From: an uncultured Verrucomicrobiae bacterium
Lineage (GTDB): Bacteria; Verrucomicrobiota; Verrucomicrobiia; Chthoniobacterales; UBA10450
Assembly: GCA_963756875.1 (NCBI GenBank)
Contig: CAVWPA010000003.1
Coordinates: forward strand, 288,001-352,000
Direction: 5' to 3'
DNA: 64,000 nucleotides
In this document: positions 29,518 to 39,587 of the stretch, in pieces
Position numbering within the stretch: position 1 is the first letter of the stretch
Layout: the number at the start of each line of letters is the position of its first letter
The notes under the pieces: generated by a model
Databases searched by the model: none
What the model was told of the DNA's origin: nothing
The model's input: the letters and a program-made list of their open reading frames with translations, nothing else
Position numbers and translations under genes: made by a program

Positions 29518-29615
29518 TTGTAGGGCGTTTCTGTGAAACGCCGTTCTGACGGTGTCCGTCGCGGGCGACGCCGTTTGTGGTTGGACGGCGCTCGCCGCGG
29601 CGAGAGCCCTACAAA
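29518..29615. repeat. REP-like palindromic doublet (GTAG...CTAC)
   Basis: TTGTAGGGCGTTTCTGTGAAACGCC...GGCGCTCGCCGCGGCGAGAGCCCTACAA. Confidence 0.8.
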
Positions 29616-29939
29616 TTAGGCCAAGGCGGGCGGCGCGTGCTCGAAAATGCTCGCGCCGAGGAATGGCGATTCGACCCACTGCGGGGTCAGCACCGGAATT
29701 GCGGAAAATTGGACGACCAGAACCGGCGCGCTTACAAGGGGCGCGGGCGCGGAATGGGCGAAGCTGCCCGAGGCGACTAGCGTTACCGCGCACGTGTGCC
29801 CAGGCTGGTCCGCATCCGGGTGAATGAAGCGGTGCAGCTGTGGCGAAGCGCCGAGTGCCAGTGACCAGAGAAAAATCGCTGCGGCGAAAGTCGCAGCAGA
29901 ACTAAGTCCCCGATTTTGTGAACGCGGGATCGTGTTCAT
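29616..29939 (-). CDS. DUF2946-like leader protein upstream of the TonB receptor
   Basis: Signal/TM segment, HRFIH..GHTC metal-like motif, C-terminal EHAPPALA. Confidence 0.65.
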   Translation of the reverse strand: MNTIPRSQNRGLSSAATFAAAIFLWSLALGASPQLHRFIHPDADQPGHTCAVTLVASGSFAHSAPAPLVSAPVLVVQFSAIPVLTPQWVESPFLGASIFEHAPPALA

Positions 29940-30001
29940 TGCGCCGCGACTCTCCGGTCATTCGGAAACGCGTGCAAGCATTTTTGCTGATTCGGTCTCA
30001 A

Positions 30002-30025
30002 GCAGGCGACACGCCTGCCTCCACA
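30002..30025. repeat. Single REP-like hairpin
   Basis: GCAGGCGACACGCCTGCCTCCACA, related to the element at 49532-49588. Confidence 0.55.
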
Positions 30026-30073
30026 GTTGGACATTGGCGCGCGATTGCGTTTAAATGCCAGGCACCTTTGTCG

Positions 30074-30862
30074 ATGTTGCGCTTGTTCACTTTATTGGCG
30101 GCGTTCCTGCTTTTTGTCCCCGCGATTCGGGCGCAAACGAACGCGGCCCCGGGTCCGCCCGTCGTCGAGCTGACCGATCTCGATCTGGCTGACTGGGATT
30201 GCGCAACCAGGCTCGAAGGCAGCGCGAAAACACAGGATGGCAAGGAGCGGAACCGGCAAAAGAACCGGTCGGCGGTCGATCTGGCGAACCTGAAGATTGT
30301 TTCGCTGGATACGCCGGCGTTTCTTGCCCGCGTCGCGGATTACGATGGAAAAATTCGACTCAAGCATCGTCGTTACCTGTCACCTCCGCAGAAGCAAGAA
30401 CTCGAAACGTTCGAGAAGGATATCGTGTCTCTCACCGGGTGGCTGGTGATGGCGTATCATGGAGTGCCCGAAACGACCAACTGCGGGAGCGACCATTTTC
30501 TCGACTGGCATTTGGAGATCTCCGCCCAACCGTCCGATCACGCGCCAAGGGTTGGCGATCCGACGCCCATCCAGTGCGAGATCACCCCGAGAACGGAGCG
30601 GCTACTTTATCGCGAGAACGTTCGGCTCCAGAAGCTGGCTGCATTTATTCGGCTACCGGACAACAGTGTCCAGCCGACCGGCGAGAAAGCGCATAAAGTC
30701 CGCGTGACCGGCTATCTTCTGTGGGACGACGAGCACAATGGCACGGCCGACATTGGTTCTGCCGTCCAGTGGTTTAGCAGCAACGGATATCATCATCCGT
30801 GGCGCTCGACTGCCTGGGAAATTCATCCAGTAATGAAGATCGAGGACCTTGGGGTGAAGTGA
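30074..30862 (+). CDS. Secreted hypothetical protein
   Basis: Signal peptide MLRLFTLLAAFLLF; ETTNC, DWHLE, VRVTGYLLWDDEH and TAWEIHPV motifs. Confidence 0.75.
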   Translation: MLRLFTLLAAFLLFVPAIRAQTNAAPGPPVVELTDLDLADWDCATRLEGSAKTQDGKERNRQKNRSAVDLANLKIVSLDTPAFLARVADYDGKIRLKHRRYLSPPQKQELETFEKDIVSLTGWLVMAYHGVPETTNCGSDHFLDWHLEISAQPSDHAPRVGDPTPIQCEITPRTERLLYRENVRLQKLAAFIRLPDNSVQPTGEKAHKVRVTGYLLWDDEHNGTADIGSAVQWFSSNGYHHPWRSTAWEIHPVMKIEDLGVK

Positions 30863-30909
30863 TCGCTCAACTGGACAGTGACGGAGCGTTGGGTTACTGG
30901 ATTGCTCTG

Positions 30910-31230
30910 ATGTTCGAACCGGTAAAAACCTATTTTATCGTTTTCGGTGTTCTCACGATCGTCGGCGGCATCGTCGGTTATGTGAAAGCCGGTAGTAAGC
31001 CGTCGCTCATTGCTGGTTCGATCAGCGGGATCCTGCTTTTGATTGCCGCTTTTCTTCTGCCCCAGCAGCGCGTTGCGGGACTCGTCATTGCCTTGATTGT
31101 TTCGCTGGTTCTGGCCGCGCAGTTCATTCCCAAGCTGATCCGGACGGGACGAGCAATGCCCGCCGGCATGATGTCGATCCTGAGTGTGATCGGGATCATT
31201 GTTGCAATCTACGCCTGGGTGGCAAAATAG
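30910..31230 (+). CDS. TMEM14 family membrane protein
   Basis: GGIVGYVKAGSKPSLIAG and MPAG motifs, four hydrophobic helices. Confidence 0.88.
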   Translation: MFEPVKTYFIVFGVLTIVGGIVGYVKAGSKPSLIAGSISGILLLIAAFLLPQQRVAGLVIALIVSLVLAAQFIPKLIRTGRAMPAGMMSILSVIGIIVAIYAWVAK

Positions 31231-31238
31231 TCCGCAGC

Positions 31239-32648
31239 GTGGAAAAGATTCGTACGCGCACGTGGCGGCTGCTCGTGTTTATTCTGTTCGCCACAATTTT
31301 TGCGGCAATCGTTTATCGCTGGGTTTCGCTTGAGCGCCTGCAGCGTTTCAAGCTCGGTGAAGTGACGCCAACGCCAACGCCAACGCCACAACCGACGCCC
31401 ACGCGGCCGCCGGTGATCACCGGGAAACTCGACACGGGAAAATTATTCAACGGCATCACCCTTCATTCCACGGTGGAAACAACACCGGGTGTCGACGCGA
31501 CCACCGAGCGCGTCGACCCGGACAGTTACGTGCTCGATCTGAAACTCGAGGCGCGTTTGCCGGTGCCGAACAAAACCATCGAGGAGCTGGCTAAAGTTAA
31601 TCCGCAACTGCCGGTCATCCTGCCGGGGCTAGCCACCATGCTGACGCCCGATCCCGTCTCGCCGCTTTTTGCCGAACTTTACGATGCGAAAGTTCGAGCC
31701 CTGCGCGAACACCTTGTCCGTCTCGATCTGCTTCTGTCGCGGCACAATTTTTACGACTGCCAGACGGTGCTGCAATTGCAGCACCCGCAAAGCCATCGCA
31801 AGGCGCTCCTGCTCCAGGCCGACATGGATGTGGATGCAGACGGTTCCGATGCGGACCGGATGCCGATCGGGCCGGATGCGATCATCAACTTTAAGCCGTT
31901 CACCAGCTATCGCTGGCCAAAGAAGACGGACGCGCCCAATCCGTATCTGCCGGCGACCGAGGCCCGATTGAACCGCGCGGAGACTGAGTACGCATCGAAA
32001 ACCATCACCCCGGAGCGGAAACGCAATTTGCGAAACGCCATCACCCAACTCCGCGCGGAGGTCTTCACGCTCAAGAAATACAGCTTTCTTATAGGCGCGA
32101 CCGATCCGTACATTGTCATCCCCGGGTCGTTCACGCGCGGAAAAGACGCGGTGAAAACCGGGGATTGCGCGTTGGTTATTTTCGGGGATGGCATTTATCC
32201 CGCGATCGTGGGCGATATCGGGCCTAACAACAAAGTGGGCGAAGCCTCGTTTCGTATTGCCAAAGAAATTAATGCATCGGCCACACCGTTCAGTCGGCCG
32301 GTCAGCGACCTGAAGGTCACATACCTGATTTTCCCGGGAACAGCCGACAAGCCGTTCGGACCGCCGGATTTGGACAAACTCGACGCGCGCTGCCAGAAAC
32401 TGGTGGACGAGATCGGCGGCTCGACTGTGCCGCTGCATCACTGGGAAAATATTATTCCGCCTTCGCCGACCCCCACGCCGACGCCCACACCGAGCCCTTC
32501 GCCCTCTCCAACCCCGACCACAACCGCCTCGTCGGTGGAGACGTCGCCTGGCGTGTCTCCGTCGACAACGCCCTCGGCATCGCCGGCAGCAACGTTTGCG
32601 TTTCCGCTTGCGAGTCCAACGGCCACGCCGGCCGGCAGCCCGCCCTGA
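31239..32648 (+). CDS. Glycoside hydrolase family 75 (chitosanase-like) protein
   Basis: DMDVDADG, PYIVIP, GDIGP..GEAS and VTYLIFPG motifs; N-terminal TM helix and Pro/Thr linkers. Confidence 0.8.
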   Translation: MEKIRTRTWRLLVFILFATIFAAIVYRWVSLERLQRFKLGEVTPTPTPTPQPTPTRPPVITGKLDTGKLFNGITLHSTVETTPGVDATTERVDPDSYVLDLKLEARLPVPNKTIEELAKVNPQLPVILPGLATMLTPDPVSPLFAELYDAKVRALREHLVRLDLLLSRHNFYDCQTVLQLQHPQSHRKALLLQADMDVDADGSDADRMPIGPDAIINFKPFTSYRWPKKTDAPNPYLPATEARLNRAETEYASKTITPERKRNLRNAITQLRAEVFTLKKYSFLIGATDPYIVIPGSFTRGKDAVKTGDCALVIFGDGIYPAIVGDIGPNNKVGEASFRIAKEINASATPFSRPVSDLKVTYLIFPGTADKPFGPPDLDKLDARCQKLVDEIGGSTVPLHHWENIIPPSPTPTPTPTPSPSPSPTPTTTASSVETSPGVSPSTTPSASPAATFAFPLASPTATPAGSPP

Positions 32649-32663
32649 TCTGGACGACCCCGG

Positions 32664-33350
32664 TCAGGGCGGCCGAGTTCCGAAGCGGTAGCCGATGCCT
32701 GATTCAGTCTTGATTAACGACGGGTTTCCCGGGTCCGGTTCGATCTTTTGTCTCAAGTGCGTAACGTAAACGCGCAGGTATTGGCGATGTTCCTCGGATT
32801 TCGGCCCCCAAATCTCGCGCAAAATGTGTCGATGCGTCAAAACGCGGCCGGGATACCGCACAAATAATCGAAGTAAGGCGTACTCGGTCGCCGTCAGTTT
32901 GACTTCGTGGCCGCCGCGCGTGACCACGCGCGCCGTAAGATCGACAATGAGATCGCCGCTTTTGAAAACCGAAATCTCCTCTTCGGGTCGAGTTTTCCGT
33001 TGCGCGGCACGCAGGCGAGCGAGCAATTCCGGTGTGCTAAACGGTTTGGTAACATAATCGTCCGCGCCGGCGTCAAGCGCGGCGACTTTTTCCTGCTCGT
33101 CATCGCGCACCGTCAGCACAATCACGGGCGCTTCGCTCCATTCCCGCAATCGTTTAAGCACAGCCAGCCCTTCCATATCGGGCAGTCCAAGATCGAGAAG
33201 AATAACGTCTGGCCGGCGAGTCGCGGTTTCACTCAACCCTTGTTGACCGGTTGCGGCTTCATACACCTGATAGTTCTCGCCCTCGAGGACGACTCGGAGA
33301 AGGCGACGAATTTGGACTTCGTCGTCGACGATCAGAGCAACTGGTTTCAT
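32664..33350 (-). CDS. kdpE: Response regulator KdpE
   Basis: Receiver domain (LDLGLPD, DYVTKPF) plus OmpR-type winged helix (YLRVYV); follows kdpD. Confidence 0.93.
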   Translation of the reverse strand: MKPVALIVDDEVQIRRLLRVVLEGENYQVYEAATGQQGLSETATRRPDVILLDLGLPDMEGLAVLKRLREWSEAPVIVLTVRDDEQEKVAALDAGADDYVTKPFSTPELLARLRAAQRKTRPEEEISVFKSGDLIVDLTARVVTRGGHEVKLTATEYALLRLFVRYPGRVLTHRHILREIWGPKSEEHRQYLRVYVTHLRQKIEPDPGNPSLIKTESGIGYRFGTRPP

Positions 33351-35974
33351 GCGGTCGCCTCGTTAGGCAATCGCATTTCTTCGCCAAGCGGAAGCCGGAT
33401 GGAAAACCGCGCGCCGCCGCCTTCCCGATTTTGCGCGACGATTTGACCGGAGTGCACTTCAACAAGTTGTCGGGCGATGGAAAGTCCCAGTCCAAGTCCT
33501 CCCGCCGGCTTGCCCGGTCCGCGATAGAATTTCTCGAAAATCTTGTTTTCTTCGCCCGGTGCGAGGCCCGGGCCATGATCGGCGATTGAAAACACGAGCA
33601 GGGAATCGTCGCGGACGACGCTGGCTTCGATCGGACCAGCCCCGGCTCCATATGCCGCGGCATTTGTTAGCAGCGTGACCAGCGCTTGTTCGATAAGGCG
33701 CGCGTCCACGGAAATCATGGGCAAATCTTTGGCCACGCTTACTGTCACCGCGCCCTCTTTCAATCCGGCGTGTCCGATCGCTTCTCTCAAAAGGCTGGCT
33801 GGCTCGCACCATTCGCGCCCCGGTTTCAATAGGCCGGATTCCAGACGGGTTGCGTCGAGCAAATGGTCGACCGTGCGAGTGAGACGCCTGACAGCTTGTT
33901 GCAACTCGATGCGGTCCGGGAGCGGCTGTTGCAGGGCGACGGACATGGCGGCCAGCGGCGTTTTCAATTCATGCGAAACGGAATCGAAGAGCGCCTTCTG
34001 CAATTTTTGGGACTGACGAGCGACCTGGTTGGCCCGGCTCTCTTCCAGCGCGCGTTCTTTATTAACAAAAAGCGCGAGCTGCGCGGCAAACGCATCGAGC
34101 AACTCGCGTTGCTCGATGGTCGGCGGGTTGGAGAGACGAACGGTGAGGACCCCTTCGGCGCGGTCGCCGGTAACGAGTGGAATGTGCAACGAATCGGCAT
34201 CGGGAAGCGTATCTGTCGATCTTCCGGCGCTCTGTTTTTTTTGAAACGCCCATACGGCAACGCTCTCATCCTTGCTCGAAGGCACAAACGCGCTCGCCGC
34301 ATGGCGGGACAAGCCGCCCTCGTCACGCAGCCAGACTGCTGCATCGGCCTGGAAGGAACTTTTGATCAACGCCAACACTTTTGGCAGCGCTTCATCGAGA
34401 TCACGGCTTGCAGCGAGGGCGCGCGTCAACCGGTATAATGCCGTGGCACGTTCTTCGCGACGGCGTTCCGATTGTTCGCGCTCCCGGAGCTGGCTGGCAA
34501 GATGGCCGATGACAATGGCAATGATGAAATAGGCGCCGAACATCATGAAGTCCTGAAACTGGCTGATGTAAAAAGTGAACCGCGGCGGAATGAAGAGGAA
34601 ATTCCACAGCATGGCGCTGAGCGCGGCCAGAAAGAGTGTGGGCCAGCGGTGTAACCGTGTGGCGGCGAGAACGACAGCAAGCAGATAAAAGAGTGCCACG
34701 GCCCAGTAGCCCGTATAATCGAAGATCGACAGCGAAACCCCGGTCACGGTCGCCGCGATGAGGAGCGCAATCCCGTAGTCCCGCCATGGCACGCGCGCCA
34801 GGCGTTCGTCGATCGTTTCGCGCCGCGGTTGCGCCGACTCCTCCGCGGGGATCATGTGGATATCGATGTTACCGCTATGCTGCATCAGCCAGCGCAGCGG
34901 ATCGCGTTTCCAAAAACTGGTCCAGCGCGTCCCCAGCGGCTTGCCGATGACGATTTGGGTGACGTTATTTTGGCGCGCGACTCGGAGCAGCGCCTCGCCC
35001 ACATCGGTGCCGGGCGTGGAAATGACTTCGGCTCCCAGCTGTCGTGCCAGCGCGAGATAGCGAGTCAAGCGGACCTGTTCCGCTTGTGAAAGCGCTCGCG
35101 GCCCCTCGATGTTTGCCACGATCCACGCGGCTTCCATCGAGGAGGCGAGTCGCCGGGTATAACGAATTAGTCGTTCGGAATAGGGGCTCGCGCTCACCGC
35201 AACCAGCAAACGATCGCCACTTTTCCAGGGGCCGGCGATTTTTTCCTCGGACATGATGTCGCGCAAATCGCGATCGACATGTTCCGCGACCAGGCGCAAC
35301 GCCATTTCGCGTAAGGCGGTGAGATTGCTTTCGCGGAAAAAATTCCGGGCGGCCCATTCCGCGCGTTCGCCGAGATAAACTTTTCCTTCGGCCAGACGGG
35401 CCCGCAGTTCTTCCGGTGTGAGATCAACGAGAACAATTTCATCCGCGAGATCAATGACCGAGTCGGGCACGGTTTCACTGACTGTGACGCCGCTAATCTG
35501 GCGAACCGTATCGCTGCGACTGGCGACATGCTGAACATTGAGCGTCGTGTAGACATCAATTCCGGCATCCAGCAGTTCGAGAACATCCTGGTAACGCTTC
35601 GGATGCCGCGACCCCGGCGCATTGGTGTGCGCAAGCTCGTCGACGACAGCCAGGCCCGGATGCCATGTCAGGATAGCGTCGAGATCCATTTCTGTCAGTG
35701 TTGTCCCTCGATACTCGATCTTCATGCGCGGGATGATCGGCATTCCTTCCAGTAACGCCTCGGTCTCCTTGCGGCCGTGCGTTTCTGCAATGCCGATTAC
35801 AACTTCAGTGCCTTGCGCCTGCGCCTGGCGCGCCGCCTGCAGCATCGCGTAGGTCTTGCCCACGCCGGGCGACATTCCGAAGAAAATCTTCAGCTTGCCG
35901 CGTGCGGACTCCACCTCATCGCGCTTTAACTGCGCCAGAAGTGCATCAGGATCAGGCCGTTCGGCCTCGCTCAT
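33347..35974 (-). CDS. kdpD: Sensor histidine kinase KdpD
   Basis: GKLKIFFG..GVGKTYAML, DELAHTN..KRYQD, USP domain, four TM helices, SHELKTPL and HATPase domain. Confidence 0.97.
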   Translation of the reverse strand: MSEAERPDPDALLAQLKRDEVESARGKLKIFFGMSPGVGKTYAMLQAARQAQAQGTEVVIGIAETHGRKETEALLEGMPIIPRMKIEYRGTTLTEMDLDAILTWHPGLAVVDELAHTNAPGSRHPKRYQDVLELLDAGIDVYTTLNVQHVASRSDTVRQISGVTVSETVPDSVIDLADEIVLVDLTPEELRARLAEGKVYLGERAEWAARNFFRESNLTALREMALRLVAEHVDRDLRDIMSEEKIAGPWKSGDRLLVAVSASPYSERLIRYTRRLASSMEAAWIVANIEGPRALSQAEQVRLTRYLALARQLGAEVISTPGTDVGEALLRVARQNNVTQIVIGKPLGTRWTSFWKRDPLRWLMQHSGNIDIHMIPAEESAQPRRETIDERLARVPWRDYGIALLIAATVTGVSLSIFDYTGYWAVALFYLLAVVLAATRLHRWPTLFLAALSAMLWNFLFIPPRFTFYISQFQDFMMFGAYFIIAIVIGHLASQLREREQSERRREERATALYRLTRALAASRDLDEALPKVLALIKSSFQADAAVWLRDEGGLSRHAASAFVPSSKDESVAVWAFQKKQSAGRSTDTLPDADSLHIPLVTGDRAEGVLTVRLSNPPTIEQRELLDAFAAQLALFVNKERALEESRANQVARQSQKLQKALFDSVSHELKTPLAAMSVALQQPLPDRIELQQAVRRLTRTVDHLLDATRLESGLLKPGREWCEPASLLREAIGHAGLKEGAVTVSVAKDLPMISVDARLIEQALVTLLTNAAAYGAGAGPIEASVVRDDSLLVFSIADHGPGLAPGEENKIFEKFYRGPGKPAGGLGLGLSIARQLVEVHSGQIVAQNREGGGARFSIRLPLGEEMRLPNEATA

Positions 35975-36010
35975 TCGTGAAGTCTACTCTCTTCCCTGGC
36001 CCGGCGCACC

Positions 36011-36880
36011 TTAGAAGCGATGGCCAAAGCCGATGAAGACGTTGCAGTCGGGCGCGCTGTCGGTCAGGCCGATGTAAGAGTTGATGTCGATCGAGGAGTT
36101 GGCCCCGATTTGGTAGGTAAGCCCAAAGTCCGCGGTGCCGATCCAGGGATGATCGTGGCCGGTGCTCACGGCGTTGTAGAATTCTGCGTAGCCGCTCAAA
36201 TTCCCGACGATCGTGCGCGAAAGGCCGATCGGATTTTGCCATTGCACGCGCATGTCGCTGCTTCCCGGCTCGTCGAGGATGTCGACTCTGGTTTGGCCGA
36301 ACAAGGTGAATCCCCAGGGCAACGAGTAGTTCACCGGCAGACCAAAGCCCGGTTCCCAAACGTGGTTGGCGAAATGATCGGTGTTGGTTGGAATCTTCAG
36401 CGATGAAACTAGACCGATGACTAATTTCCCGCCGTCGTTACCAAGAAAATTGACTTTCAGACGCACCGTTGTGTCGCCAAACCCATCTTGCTCGACCGGT
36501 TTTCCGAAACCGTTGCCGCTCGTGCGCGTGTTGACGTAGAACTGCGGAAACACCTGCAAATCCATCCAGTTGGTGAGCCCGAGCTTGAAATTCGTATTGC
36601 CAATGATCCAGGTGCGGACGCGGACGCGATCGGCTACGTCAGTCGTCCAGTTGGCCACGTCGCTCTCGATTTGGAACACGCCGGCGTCGATTGTATAGGG
36701 ACTGTCGGTATGGCTCGATCGGTCGGTATTGTAGGGACGACGCAGGTCAATCGGCGTGGGATTAAACAAAGTGTATTGCGACTTATCCGGCGGCGGAGTG
36801 GCTTCGGGCGACGACTCGCCATCGGCAAACATGAGACGCGCGCTGGCAAGAATCGCTGCGGAAATCATTGCTCTTTTCAT
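36011..36880 (-). CDS. Putative outer-membrane beta-barrel protein (MetA-pathway/phenol-degradation-like transporter family)
   Basis: Signal peptide, TDR..TDSPYTIDAG, GFGDT motifs, C-terminal GHRF. Confidence 0.75.
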   Translation of the reverse strand: MKRAMISAAILASARLMFADGESSPEATPPPDKSQYTLFNPTPIDLRRPYNTDRSSHTDSPYTIDAGVFQIESDVANWTTDVADRVRVRTWIIGNTNFKLGLTNWMDLQVFPQFYVNTRTSGNGFGKPVEQDGFGDTTVRLKVNFLGNDGGKLVIGLVSSLKIPTNTDHFANHVWEPGFGLPVNYSLPWGFTLFGQTRVDILDEPGSSDMRVQWQNPIGLSRTIVGNLSGYAEFYNAVSTGHDHPWIGTADFGLTYQIGANSSIDINSYIGLTDSAPDCNVFIGFGHRF

Positions 36881-37191
36881 CGTTGTTTGGGTTTCCAGAG
36901 GGGATTGGGAAGAAACCATGTCCACATCAACTCAAAGTTGATCCCGGAGCCATCGCCGCCGCCATCATCCTCCGGCGCTTGTTCGGTTCCATCGGGTTCG
37001 GGGTGGCGAGCGGTCAGCGCCGTGGACATGCCGGCTCCTGGGCAGGGTGGTAAATCGATGGGCGCATCGATCATCCGCCTCGCGGCGATGCTTCCTGGCA
37101 CGACACCAGGCTGACACGGATCAAAGGAGGCCGAGAACCAGCTGGTCGTGGCTGCGACAAGCCCTTTTGAAGTTGGAGGGCGGAGGCTCAT
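36877..37191 (-). CDS. Hypothetical protein between kdpC and the barrel gene
   Basis: Starts 6 bp after the kdpC stop and overlaps the next ATG (ATGA); no family recognised. Confidence 0.35.
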   Translation of the reverse strand: MSLRPPTSKGLVAATTSWFSASFDPCQPGVVPGSIAARRMIDAPIDLPPCPGAGMSTALTARHPEPDGTEQAPEDDGGGDGSGINFELMWTWFLPNPLWKPKQR

Positions 37192-37196
37192 GCGTT

Positions 37197-37796
37197 TTAT
37201 GGGTTTGCCGAACTCTGAGCATTGCCGGCGCCGTTTCCCAACGCATCCAGCGCGAGGTTCAGCTCCAGGACGTTCACGAGTCGATCGGGCGTGAGGAAGC
37301 CGCCCGGTGCGAAGGCATGTTGTCTAATCAATTCTTCGATTTTTGACTGAGGAACGCCGCGCGCGTTTGCCACGCGCGCTGCCTGATACAAGGCCGCGTG
37401 CTCGGTGATGTGCGGGTCGAGTCCGCCGCCGGAAGCTGCGGCCAGCTCTGGCGGCAAAGGTTTCTCAGCGGTCGCACCGTATTGCGCGATTATCGTCTTC
37501 GCACGATCCGTCAGATCGCTACTTGTCGGAGACTTGTTGCTCGCGCCCGCACTGGATGCGTCGTAGCCGTCTTTACCTGCTGCTGATGGTCGTGGCCAGA
37601 AGTAACGCGGCTGGGTGAACTTCTGCGCAATTAAATGGCTGCCGATGATTTTTCCGTCAGCGCTCTTGATCAAGGAACCGTCGGCAGTGTCGGGGCTGAA
37701 AATCCTGGCGACCCCAAAAATCAGCGCCGCATAACCCGCCACGCAGATGAGCATCGTGACGATAACGAGGCGAATGCTGGCAATTAGTGATTTCAT
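37197..37796 (-). CDS. kdpC: K+-transporting ATPase subunit C
   Basis: GSHLIAQKF..YFWPRPSA, SGGGLDPHI and VNVLELNLALD motifs. Confidence 0.95.
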   Translation of the reverse strand: MKSLIASIRLVIVTMLICVAGYAALIFGVARIFSPDTADGSLIKSADGKIIGSHLIAQKFTQPRYFWPRPSAAGKDGYDASSAGASNKSPTSSDLTDRAKTIIAQYGATAEKPLPPELAAASGGGLDPHITEHAALYQAARVANARGVPQSKIEELIRQHAFAPGGFLTPDRLVNVLELNLALDALGNGAGNAQSSANP

Positions 37797-37800
37797 ATCT

Positions 37801-39484
37801 TTACCTCATGAATTGCAGATGCTCGGCGATGGGGCCGAGCGCAGCAGCCGGGAAAAATGTGAGCGCGCCGACAAAGAGAATGGTCCCGAACAACATGACA
37901 CCGAAGGTGCCGTCTTCGACACCCAGGGTGCCTGCCGATTCCGCGGTCCGCCGTTTCGCGGCGAGCGACCCGGCGATGGCCAGCGGCAGAATGATGGGAA
38001 TGAAGCGCGCGAGCATCATCACGATGCCAGTGCCAACATTCCACGGAATCGTGTTGTCCCCGAGTCCTTCAAAACCGGAACCGTTGTTCGCGTTCGCTGA
38101 GCTGTACCTCGTAAAGCATTTCACTGAAGCCGTGGGGTCCGGTGTTGTTCAGCGTTTTGGCGCCCCAATCGGGCGTTGCGGCAAAAAGCGCAGTTGGCGC
38201 GAGAACGAAAAGCGCGTGCGCAAAGAGCGCGATCACAGCGAGCTTGACCTCGCGCGACTCGATTCGCCGGCCGAGAAATTCCGGTGTGCGCCCGACCATC
38301 ATTCCGGCCACGAACACCGCGAGGACGATGTAGAGAAACATGTTGATCATACCCACGCCCACGCCGCCAAATGTAGTGTTCAGCCACATGCCGATCATCG
38401 GCATTAGCCCGGTCAGCGGGTTGAGGCTGTCGTGCATCGCGTTGACCGAGCCATTGCTCGTGCATGTAGTCAGCACGGCCCACAATGGACCAGCGGTCGT
38501 GCCGAACCGCAGTTCCTTGCCTTCAAGGTTGCCGACGGTTTGTTCGATCGGCAATTGAACAAAGGCTTCCGTTGGGGCTTGTTCAAACCACACGGCGCCA
38601 CTGATTTTCGCGAGAAGGAATACGAGCATCACACCGAAGACCACTGCTGCATGGCGCATGCGCCCGACAATGCGACCGAACATCCAAACGCACGCCATCG
38701 GGATCAGGATGATCGCAACTGTTGCGAGAATGTTGGTCCAGAAGGTTGGGTTCTCGAAGGGATGCGTGCAGTTGGGCCCGAAGAATCCGCCGCCGTTGGT
38801 ACCGAGTTGTTTAATCGTTAGGAATGCGGCAACCGGCCCGCGCGCAATCGTTTGTTCGATTCCCTCCAGAGTGCTTGCCTTGGCTGCGCCAAGAAATGTC
38901 ATCGGCATGCCACCGAAAACCATCAATGACGCCACGACGATTGCGATTGGCAGGAGCACGAGAAACGTTGCCCGCTGAAGATCGACAAAGAAATTGCCCA
39001 TCTGTTTGCGGCCTGCGAGACCGCGCGCCATGGCCGCAAGCGCCGCGATACCGGTTGCCGCCGAAACGAACTGCAGCCACATCAGCGCGCAAAGCTGCGA
39101 GAGATAACTCATCGTCACTTCGCCGGAGTAGTGCTGAAGGTTCGTGTTGGTAGTGAACGACGCCGCGGTGTTGAAGATGCAATCGAGATTGATCGCCCCC
39201 TTTCCGTCTGGGTTGAGAGGCAGGTGCTGTTGAAATGCCATGAACCCGAAGCTGACTGCAAACATCAGCACGTTGAACACGAGCATCGAGATGACGTATT
39301 GTTTCCAGCCCTGCTGCTCAGCGCAGAAGCGTCCGCCGAAGAAATGAAACAGCCGATCGAATTTTTTTGCGCCCAGGCTGCGAGACAAATCCGGATCCAT
39401 GGCCCATTTCATGTAGCGTCCAAGCGGCCAGGAGAGAATGGCGGTGCCGCCAACAATGACTGCGATAAAGAGAATTGCGTTCAT
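37801..39484 (-). CDS. kdpA: K+-transporting ATPase subunit A, +1 frameshift near 38108
   Basis: SFTTNTNLQHYSGE, KQLGTNGGG, EGKELRFG, SNGSVNAMHDS, GRTPE; one extra G precedes YSSANANNGSGF. Confidence 0.94.
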
Positions 39485-39494
39485 AAGATCGACA

Positions 39495-39575
39495 TCAGTC
39501 CTCCCAGCGGCCGATCGCTTCGGTCAAAGCGAACAGGAGCGCGAAAATGATGAGACCGAGAATGAAGTAAATCAT
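39495..39575 (-). CDS. Small hydrophobic peptide in the kdp operon (26 aa)
   Basis: MIYFILGLIIFALLFALTEAIGRWED*, filling the kdpB-kdpA gap. Confidence 0.65.
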   Translation of the reverse strand: MIYFILGLIIFALLFALTEAIGRWED

Positions 39576-39587
39576 GGGTTTGGTCGG

